64,000 nt of DNA from Somniosus microcephalus (taxonomy: Eukaryota). The notes beneath the pieces were generated by a model. That model saw nothing but the letters and a program-made list of their open reading frames with translations, made no database searches and was not told where the DNA came from. The translations under genes were made by a program, and so were the position numbers. Positions 1 to 9,769 of this stretch are shown piece after piece. The stretch lies in NCBI GenBank assembly GCA_052327205.1, contig CM126209.1, positions 37,138,001 to 37,202,000 on the forward strand, in the 5' to 3' direction. Position 1 is the stretch's first letter. Each line of letters starts with the position of its first letter.

Positions 1-396
1 TACGCTCCTAAATACCTCCCTTCTCCACCTCGGAGTTGCTGCTTTTGGCCGCGCTGTCAGGCAAAGCACCAGTTTGGAAGAGAGGTGCCCAGCCAACAGG
101 ATCAGACGGAAAACTGACATATCACATTTCAGCTTTCCAAAGAGCAGCATTGGTGAAGGCCATGGAGATGTCCAGAATAACTGTATTCCATATTAATTAT
201 ATGATGTGGAAGCTAACAAGACTTGAAAAGGCAGAAAACAAGGTTTTACATTAAGGACTATCTTCTTCTGCAAATCCACTTCTATTTACCTGATAATTAG
301 TCCTTCTTTTGAACAGGGTGCTGGCATCTTACAGACTGCACCCAATTGGTTTGCATGAAAACACTGATCACTTTCGTTTGAACCTTCTGGAGAAAT

Positions 397-996
397 GGCC
401 CCAATTTTAACTCCAGGCGGGTTTGGGCAGCAGAGAGAGTGAGAAACCCATCAACGGCTGTAGAAATTAAGGCTACTTTAGCTCCCAGCCCAAATTTAAA
501 TCTTGCTGGTGGAAGACCGCGTGACCCGGAGCCTGCTCACCGCTAGGTGGCGGGATCAGGTTCCATGGGTGTCTCACATTCAGGAAAGGAGGGGGTGTGG
601 TGTGTGAGTCGCGGGGGGGGCGGAGGGGGAGGAGGTGAGTCCGGGGCAGAGGAGGCCTAAGTTTTCCTTGCAAGGTCCGGAGCAGCACTCCTGCTCCTTC
701 TGGCCCCACAAAGGAAAGAAAAAAACTATCTTCTTCGGCCTCCTCTTTTTCCCGGTAGGTCTTATCTGGCCTTCGCCTGGTGGGAAAGCTGTAGTGGCTT
801 CCCCACTCAGGCCTCGATTAAAATAGAAGTTGGGTCTCAATGACATCATCGGGATTTGACATGCATATGTAAAGAAGAGCAAGTTAAAATCCTGGATGGC
901 AGGGTCCTTGTGGCTTTCGGGAAGGTAAGTAACGTGGGCGATTTTAACGGCCCACCCTCTCAGTTTCCACCAGGTGGGTAGGGTTAAAACTGCCCC
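397..996. mobile_element. Degenerate GC-rich MITE-like element
   Basis: Imperfect terminal inverted repeats ggccccaattttaac / gttaaaactgcccc; GC-rich interior in an AT-rich intron. Confidence 0.5.
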
Positions 997-1039
997 ATGT
1001 GTCTTTTTTAAATACAAAAGTTAACCTTCACATACAATA

Positions 1040-1415
1040 AATGATTCTGAAGCTCAATGACTGCTGTTATGAAATCAAATGTAGCAGCCAATTTGCACAA
1101 AGCAAGATCCCACAAACAGGAAAGAGATGAATAACTAGCAAATCTGTTTTTGATGTTGGTTGAAGGATAAATTTTGGCCAGAACTCCATGGTCTTTGAAT
1201 AGTATCATGGGATGTTTAAGATCCATCTGAGCCTTGAGAACAGCCAGATGTAATCTCTGGTTTAACATCTCATTCAAGAATGGCACCTCCAACAATTACT
1301 CTCTCAGTATTGCGCTGGAGTGTTGGTCTACATTATATGATTAAATCCAGGAGTGGGGATTCAACCCAATCCCTGACTCAGAGCTGAGACCGTACTACCA
1401 ATTGACTCAAGTTAA
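1040..1415 (-). mobile_element. Deu-domain SINE (SacSINE1/AmnSINE1-like), degenerate
   Basis: Minus strand shows a tRNA-like head (gggttgaatccc) then the Deu core TGGCCAAAATTTATCCTTCAACCAACATC...GTTTGTGGGATCTTGCTTTGTGCAAATTGGCTGCT. Confidence 0.7.
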
Positions 1416-2480
1416 CATTTCAGTTGATTTTATCCTGTGCACTGCATATCTTACCATTAGCTTATTTAAACACAAAGGCCCAAAAATTCAGGGTCTTGTC
1501 ATCTGCTGCTAGAAGTCTGGTGAAACAGAACTCCCACCCACGCATCTGACCCAATGCAGGGGTCTTCGGGAGGGGTCAGAGCCTTAATGTTGTACCAACA
1601 TGCAGTAATTTCAAACCATGGATCAAAGGGGAAGAGGACGAGAACCTGAAATGTCTTGGAGAGTGATGTAAATATGATTCTGATGAAAATTAAGCACGGG
1701 GGTGGGGGGGTAAATATTAGGAGGCTAGAGAGCTGCCAATACAGCAGTTAGGACTATGTGAAAGGAAGTGCAGTGAGTGGCAACCCCCGAAATCCCAGGC
1801 CCCCTCTCTAATGCTGGATGAGGTTTAATGGCCTCACAAGGGCGGAGTGGTCGTGGGACGGGACTTCCACTCATCATTCCGACAGTGCCATAATCCCGAC
1901 CCATTTTCCAGGGTCGAAATTCTTTTCCTATGCAGGGCAGGCACCCGAATGGAGCCCACTGCTGCAGGTCAGCACTTGGTACTAGGTGATAACATCCAAA
2001 ACCTCTACCTGGGCGACAAGAAAGTGAAGATTCTTCAACTTTGAGTTTTTGATTCATAATTGTCAGGAGTATAATAGATTAAAAATTAAGTTAATAATAA
2101 AAAAAAACTATCCATCAGCAGAAAGAATTCCAGAACAAAACTAAAAACATTCTTTTGTATTTTCTCACAATTACATGAAACGCGGTAGTAACTTGAAACA
2201 ATTTTTGTTGCCGAACATTATTTGCCAAGTACTATTAAAAAGCCTAATTATTTGATAAAAACCTTGAGGAGGGGGAAGCAGCTTGATGTTAGAAATGTGG
2301 GCAACGCCAGAGGTTTGTTTAAAAAGATAGGCAGTGTTTTGGTTGGCATTAGTGAAGGAGGAAAATTTACCAGATTGTACGATCATTTCTGAAATATGAC
2401 TTGGAAGTCTGGTAATGCCTTATGATAACATGATCACTAACTAAGTCAAGTAAAGGTTTTTGAACTCTTTATCTACTTTC

Positions 2481-2683
2481 TGTTACCTGTCTGCGCAGAG
2501 GGATGCGTTTGGTCAGCTTGTGCACCGGTGGCTGGGCATTAAAATCTGGCTTCTTTGCTGTGTTCTTCAGTCGGCAAATAATAACCGTCACCACCATACA
2601 AGCGATAACAAAAACACCAATGCAATAGATAGCTATTTCCAGATAGTCAGGAGAGGTCAACCCTTTTGGTTTGTCTTCAGGAA
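2481..2683 (-). CDS. FGFR2: FGFR2 exon 10, transmembrane and juxtamembrane (ends 2487 via GT donor, VT-; or 2481 via GA donor, VT+)
   Basis: gtaatccag|TT CCT GAA GAC...; [66 protein letters not shown](VT); junction CAG|GTAACA|GAAAGT. Confidence 0.96.
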
Positions 2684-2859
2684 CTGGATTACGTGTGAAG
2701 AAACAATTGCGTCAGTCATTAACATATAGATTCACACACGATAATGTAACTGAAAAAGAAGTGAAATGTTATTAACAGTACCAATACTATTCTTCAGAAC
2801 ATTTTCCGGAAGAAAAAAGAGTAAATGCTCCACAGCTGGCTTTGTGGGTAAAAGGTGCT

Positions 2860-3120
2860 GCCAGTGTGATACTGAGCCTTACACAACTGGAAAACTCCCG
2901 CTGCACACTCAGCTAGATGGCCACAGCTGGTACAGTACCAGTGGTGTGACAACTGGCCTCAGCACCCCCAGTGTAGTGAGAAAAAGTTCCACTCCTGTTC
3001 TCTATCTAGTGGCCCCTACCAAGAAGTATGTGCCTGTAGATACCAGGTGAGAAACATTACCATGGTTGACTGTGATACTCCATGACAGGATAGCCAGGTC
3101 CACACATTAAGAACAGCCAT
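2860..3120 (+). mobile_element. Old degenerate SINE-like repeat
   Basis: Motifs gtgtgatactgagcc...caactggcctcagcacccc...ctagtggcccct; weakly related sequence at about 52620-52775. Family assignment uncertain. Confidence 0.3.
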
Positions 3121-3132
3121 GTAGCTGAGATA

Positions 3133-3461
3133 CAGGAAACTTTGTGCTATCCGGCACCGACGGGACTGAGCTGTTGCCGTCCCATCAAAACTGCCGGACA
3201 AACCAGCGCTAATGTTGAAACATACGGAGATTTTGAGCTCCGTATCTGACAACCCTGTTGCTTAGCAACAGCTTCTAAACAGTCGGCCGTACCTTGCAAG
3301 CGTCTCTGTAGCTTAGCAACAGCTTCAGCGAGACCTTGCAGAGCCTGACTGGTGAAAAAAAAGCAACGAAAAGAAAAAAAAACTAACGAAACGGCTCCTG
3401 ATTTTTGCCGGTGGCTCGAGCATTCCGGACAGTTAACCTCCGGATAAACCAAAGTTTCCTG
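3133..3461. mobile_element. Tc1/mariner (Tigger/pogo-type) MITE
   Basis: TA|CAGGAAACTTTGTGCTATCCGG ... CCGGATAAACCAAAGTTTCCTG|TA: 22-bp TIR with 3 mismatches and TA TSD; interior homologous to 15365-16082. Confidence 0.88.
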
Positions 3462-4616
3462 TACTGGGAAGGCTGTTGATAGCTATGGAATCATATGACT
3501 CCATGAGAAGCGGGAAGAAACCAAGGGGTTGAGGAAGAATCAAGAATACAATTGTGGTATGATATAGTACTGGTGTACCATTGCACCAGATTCTGGATTG
3601 ATAGAATAGGCAAAGAATTAGGGGGGTGAGGAGCATTCTTGCACCTCTTAGAATCTGGTTAGAGAAACTGGTAAGAGTCCTTTTGGATAAACATCTTCCA
3701 GCTCTGTCAGCTGTTACAGTGGGAAAACCGATAATGGCAGTAAATAACAAACAAAAGAGGATATACAAATAAAATATATAGATAATAAATAACTGGTACA
3801 TTAATGATTTCTTCAGCCTGAACATACTGCAAACATTTTTGCCCAATACTACAGTTGCATTCAGTTATGAATATTGATACTAAATTTAAAACTTTACATG
3901 CTTTGGTGCAAAGTACAAGACATTTATAGCCAAAGGTTAAAACTGAACCAGCTTGTTTTGTTAAAATGATAAACATTCTGTTACAAAGTTTCATGTATTT
4001 CACACAAGCAGAGTACAATTCAACATGTTAGACGGTACCTCAAATTTTATCATTACCGTACATCTACAGCATAACATATTTAGCATAATGAATGCTGTTC
4101 AAGCTTCTGCCATCCATAACAAGTAGTACTGCCAAAAGCTACCAAGCATAAAATGCCCGCTGAAGGCTTTAAGGTGAAACAAGAAGCAAACAAAACCAGA
4201 AACAGTCCCAGATTCCTAGTGAAAGCAAAGCTGCGCAAAAGGTTTTCGCCTGATTGTCTGTGAAATTAGAGACTACAGGAAAGGTTTGTAGCAGTTTTAA
4301 AGAGACAATCATGTTACGTGGTGAAAAACCTCAACACTTCATTCAAGTCAAACAGTGTGGTTGCAGGTCACTTTCTCCAGGGAGAAAGGATTAGTTGTCA
4401 TTGCAACCCGCAAACTTGATAACCACCATTGTTCAATAGAATTGAAGTTTCACAAGGGAATTACCGAGCAGGTGCAGTGCGTTGAGGACCGATAATTGAG
4501 AAAGTTTCATCTGGGCTGGGTTGTGTAGCGCCAACTTTCTTCCCCTGCCAATTATCAATCAGTTAAAACACCACTGATGACCATTTCTTAAGGAAGAGAA
4601 ACAGCATCAGATTCAA

Positions 4617-4683
4617 CATGCTCAGTAAGACTTTGCATGCCCTCTGCTGCAAATGAATCAGACCCTCATTTTGAATGCATGCA
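4617..4683 (-). promoter_or_regulatory. Cluster of three (U)GCAUG RBFOX motifs in intron 9
   Basis: TGCATG at 4683-4678, GCATG at 4640-4636 and GCATG at 4621-4617; another TGCATG lies inside exon IIIc (5005-5000). Confidence 0.55.
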
Positions 4684-4896
4684 ATCACTGAAGAAGTAAA
4701 GTTGATTCATTGAGTGAATTCCCCAAGAAATAACACTGCTCTGTTACAGAAGGGGAACTGGCATTACAATGACAAAAGGAGCAACTGTCAGTGTGACTCA
4801 CCCTTTAATTGTTTTTCAAATATATTATATATACAATTATTATCTATCTATAATGATAATACAATACACAAATGGGATCTTGGGTTTTTTGCATTA

Positions 4897-5127
<231 letters not shown>

Positions 5128-5351
5128 CTAGAAGAAAAAGGGAAGCAAAAACAAAAAAATATACAAGCAAGACAACATGAGATATTTGTGGACAGGGACA
5201 ACAAACCAGTACCGTTGCTTAACAGCAGAGGTACAGCAACCTGATGTACTCCCTATCCACAACCCTTCATCCAAAGCTTGCTCCAAACTCCAAGCTTGTT
5301 TTATGGAATAATCACAGATATCCGTCACCATCTTTAACTCACCCTTCTAGG

Positions 5352-5388
5352 CATGCAATTTAACTCATGGAAAAATAGGCCCATAATA
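5352..5388 (-). promoter_or_regulatory. ISAR/IAS3 element (3' arm of stem) followed by TGCATG RBFOX site
   Basis: TATTATGGGCCTATTTTTCCATGAgttaaatTGCATG; 13-bp perfect complement to IAS2 plus further pairing. Confidence 0.88.
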
Positions 5389-5636
5389 ATTTGTTTTCTT
5401 TATCCTATTTTTCTTAGAATAAAGGAAGCATGAAATGAAGTAGAAGATAAAGCACATAAAATGGGGAAAGGGAAATGGAAATGTACTATCGGCTTAAGAA
5501 AGAGGCATTAAGGTAAATAGATACATTTAAGTATTGACAGGAGAAAGAAAAAAAACTGCAGAGATGAACAAGACAGAATAAGTTTAACAGACGAAAATTT
5601 CAGCCGTAATGTACAGCAAGGGATAGTTTGGCCACA

Positions 5637-5658
5637 TATTGTGGGTATTTTTCCATGA
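5637..5658 (-). promoter_or_regulatory. IAS2/ISE2 intronic splicing element (5' arm of long-range stem)
   Basis: TCATGGAAAAATACCCACAATA in intron 8; matches recalled mammalian CCATGGAAAAATGCCCACAA and is complementary to 5365-5388. Confidence 0.88.
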
Positions 5659-5834
5659 CTAGCGTGCATCAAGTTGCATCACGGAAAGGAGGTTAAGGGA
5701 CCATTAATAACCCAAAGCCCAAAGATCCCGTAAGTTGCTTGCAATCTTCCAAGCATCTCCCAGCATGAATCAGCCGTTTCCCAAATTCATTTACCATGGG
5801 CAGAGCTTTGTAATTTGTTTCCTAAAAGTGTTAC

Positions 5835-5985
5835 CTTTTGGGGAGAATTGAGCAACAGTAAGCCAAGCAGACTGATTGACAGCTCCAATATAATTGGAGA
5901 CCTTACATATATATTCTCCACTGTCCGCCTCAGTCACATTGTACAGATTCAGCACTTCTGCATTGGAGCTATTTATCCCCGAATG
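5835..5985 (-). CDS. FGFR2: FGFR2 exon 8, IgIIIb (epithelial, mutually exclusive)
   Basis: tttgttctag|CAT TCG GGG ATA AAT...CCA AAA G|GTAACA; 151 nt; [50 protein letters not shown]. Confidence 0.97.
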
Positions 5986-6050
5986 CTAGAACAAACCAAT
6001 AACAGAAGATAACAATTTAACCGCTGTTCTCGTATGAACAGAGCTAATAT

Positions 6051-6060
6051 CCCACCACCA
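6051..6060 (-). promoter_or_regulatory. UGG-rich (ESRP-type) motif upstream of exon IIIb
   Basis: TGGTGGTGGG about 65 nt upstream of the IIIb acceptor, in an otherwise AT-rich intron. Confidence 0.5.
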
Positions 6061-6472
6061 GCATCAGTCCTCTATATGAAATCATTTCATGAAATAAATA
6101 AAAGAAACTATTTTCTCTACCAAAATGCGTGACAATCTTATGGTATGAAGGAAGAAAATAGAGCAAGTACTATCAAAAATAACTAAAAGGACTATTCTGT
6201 ATGAACAGTTCATACCGGTTTTCTTCAGCATATTTTAACACAATTTAAACTTAAAATGTATTGTAACTGTCTAGGAAATAGAATGCAAGATATAACTTTG
6301 GAAGAAAAGCAATTCAATTAATATATATACATGCTTTGGATATTTAGAAACATTTGTACTTAAAAATGTAACTTAAATATAGATATTCCTTGTTCTTCTT
6401 GATAATGAGCATCACTCTTTCACAATTTTCATTAAACATAAATATTTAGAAAGTCTTGTTGAATTCTCAAAC

Positions 6473-6663
6473 CTTTAAGACATGGACGTAAAGGGACCCG
6501 TCTGGACGATATCTACTGCCATTATTTTCAACGTTCTTAAGCCATTGTATATGGGGCTGGGCGTCACTGAACACTTTACACACAAATTCCACATCACTCC
6601 CCACCAGCACAGTTTTGTTAGCAGGCAATCCTGCTTGAAGGATAGGCCTGTGGGGTGACCGCT
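6473..6663 (-). CDS. FGFR2: FGFR2 exon 7, IgII-III linker and IgIIIa
   Basis: atttcag|AG CGG TCA CCC...TTA AAG|GTTTGA; 191 nt; [43 protein letters not shown]...VLK. Confidence 0.97.
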
Positions 6664-9626
6664 CTGAAATAAATTTGAAAAAAAACCTTAATTTACATTG
6701 GTACATACAACAGCAGTGCAACTAAATGCAGCATATTTTTTGATATTTCCCAGATCTTCACATTCCATTAATACATTTAAAAGGAAACAATTGCATGTTT
6801 GATGAAATGGAGCTTATTTGAGTTTCTGCTTTGACCCTCCTCTCCCCTTTGGAGGGGCCAAGTATGCTTTTTTTTTAAAGAGAAGTTTTGCACTTTTTAA
6901 ATCAGATTTAATCTTTGTTGTTTTCATTGGATTTTAATTTTAGTTGCACAGCATGACTGGTAAATTAACTGAGAATGATTGATGAGGATATTTAGTTTCA
7001 TGGATTTTTTTTAATCACCGAGAAAAATCAGTTAAATTAAAATACTTACAAAAATACATTTTTTACATCAGCTAACTTCTTTGTGGTGTAAGTGAATATA
7101 AAAGCTATCTATGTTAAGACGAGAACTGTTGCTTCAGCTATTGCGAGAAGTTCAGTATAAAATTATGTTCTGCCTCATCATTTTAAATATATAGGTAGTA
7201 CTTAAGTGCGAGCCTGGTTAATGAAGCTATTCCTTTGTTTTTCCATTACGTATGAAGCAACATCCTGCTTTAATAGCTATGAGGCTTGTAAAAAGTATTT
7301 AGTTTAAAAAGCACTGAAACTCCTTTAAACTTTGGAAGGAGACCACAGAGCAGCTCCAGACCCCCAAAGAAAACATTGGAAGTACTAACAGCACTTTTAA
7401 GGATGTATGAAGAACAAGCTTAGAAATACAAATGAGAATCAACACCACCATCTATGTTACTTTTATTAGCTTGCCAGCATTTCTAAATGGGTGTTTTGAA
7501 TTTGCCAACATATTCTTTCACAAGCAAACATTTTGATTGCATTGCAAAGAAATGGTGCCCCTGGTTAACAATAAGACCTTTGATATAGTCAAACATATTT
7601 GGCTGGATCCAGGCATCTACTGGGAATTAATTCATGGAGCAACCTTGCCTTATTATAAGGCCACAGTTAACTCAGTGGTACATTCATGAAATGTTCTCAT
7701 TCCCACATTCACATGTTAGAGGCTCACCTGAACCTCAAGTCAAGGATTTCTACTCCTATACTAAACAATCAAATACAAGTAACTTCCAGTTGCCTTCAGG
7801 TTATTACTGAAAAGCATTTTCACTTTTCTCAATTTTCTGAGCAAAATATAAGGCCTCAAATTGGTTATCAGAATTCAGATTTCCTTGCAAATTATCTTGT
7901 GCTTCAAAAACTATTTGATGTCCTTTAAGCATACCGTGTCCAATCATCTGGATATATGAGCTTTTTATCTGAAAACAAGGTCTTTTTGTTATTAATGAAT
8001 ATTAACAGACTATAGATGATCATGTGAGTAGTATGAAAGACCAAGAGGTTTTCATTTCTGGGAATAGGTCTGAAATGGCCATTAAAAACTACATGAACTA
8101 AGTTTGACAAAGAGGCAAACGACCCATGCACAGATGCTGTCTGAAGTTTAATTGGGAAATGAGAATGCCTCAGTCACTCCTTCCCATTTCAAAAACAAAA
8201 AATTGACACGCAACAGTTAAAGCTGAGCATTGTGACTGGACAACTATCAGTTACATTACTATATCTGACTTCTAATTGCCAATGACAGGCCCAAATGAGG
8301 AGACGATCCTATAGATGTGAGCATTTGACAGTCAGTGATTTTCAGGTTAATTTTTATTTTCATCCAATATTCAAGTGCTGCATGTTATGAAACACATTAA
8401 CAATCTACCAGCATATCTTAACATACGTCAATGCCAGTTTTAGCAACCATCACTAATCTGTGCCAAAATAATTTCAGTTTGTTAACACAGCTCTTTTTTT
8501 TTAAACCTGCACAGATTTAAGTTAAAGCTTGGGCGTTTAAAACTTATTTGAAACAGACCGAGTAAAGTTACTCCTTAGGAGACTTCCAGTCTCCGTTCAG
8601 CTATAGTACTGTGTAATTTACACCATGGACTCAAAAAGAGTGACTATTCTATTTGTTGCTCCTGAGATTTTGGATTTTACAGTATCACAAAAATAAAGCA
8701 TTAAAAAAAAACATTTATGCAGAGTACAGTTTGCACAATTCAAATAAATTAACTTAAAATTTTTAAAAGATATACAACATAAAACAACATATCTGTTACA
8801 CAATTGGAAATTTTACTTGCACTTCAAACAGGCCAATGTAAAAAAAAAGATAATCCAATTTACAAAAAATAATGTTTATACAATTTTTAAAAATGAACAC
8901 TTTTCCTGGTGCCATAACTTCATGCGCCAGAACTCCAGTGGGGATAGGTCTCCCCGGGAAAGTATTTCATTTTTGAAACAAAGGTTATAATTGTTTTCCT
9001 AAGGATATGAGATATAGAGATAGGGCATTCTTCATTCCACTTTCCACAATTAAACATGCCTGCTGCTGACCGAAGCCATCAGTCCCTGAAAAAAACCTCA
9101 GGGAACAACTAAACTAATTCCATTGTGTTTGTTCAATGATGTGATGAGGTGAAGTTGAGAGTGACTGGTGTAGGGAGAGGGGCAAAGAATAAATGAGGCA
9201 GCTGGTTGGCACTGGGGCTGTCATTAATTAAGGTCATGGAGCTGCGGCCAAATATCAACAAAGACTCTTGCCAGCTTCATGTCACTTTTGCTGGTCTTCT
9301 ACAATCATAATTCAAAATTTGACACACCATAACCTCCCCCACCCACCCCCCCCAAAAAAAAATACTGGGAGCCAGAAATCTGTGTTTTGTAATATTGCAA
9401 CATTCATAATGCAAGTTGATAATCCTATGTAGAACAGTCCACAACTATTTGGCAGGTTTAATATAAGATTTTACATTTTGAATCCAAGTTCTGGAAAATT
9501 CAGATAATCCTATTTTTCATAAGGAACTGCATATCATATTCACAAAACGATTCACAGAACGTAACAAATGTCAACATAAGAAATAGATTATTTAACAATT
9601 CATGGACATTTATCATAAAGCTGTTA

Positions 9627-9712
9627 CATAGGAACAGGAGTAAGCCATTCAGCCCCTCGAGCCTGTTCTGCCATTTAATGAGATCATGGCTGATCTGTGA
9701 CCTAACTCCATG
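9627..9712 (-). mobile_element. CR1 LINE 3' tail fragment
   Basis: Reverse complement of the CR1 3' end (gatcagccatgatctc...ggctcgaggggctgaatggcttactcctgttcctatgt) seen in the other copies. Confidence 0.8.
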
Positions 9713-9769
9713 TTGGTCTATTAGGGTTAATAGGGACGCGAGAGTGAAAAGTATGAGACTATACCAAAC

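Noticed and set aside
1-2480. Next FGFR2 exon (VSAESSSS...PEDPKWEF) or kinase exons
   Set aside because: No matching sequence found; they must lie beyond the window start.
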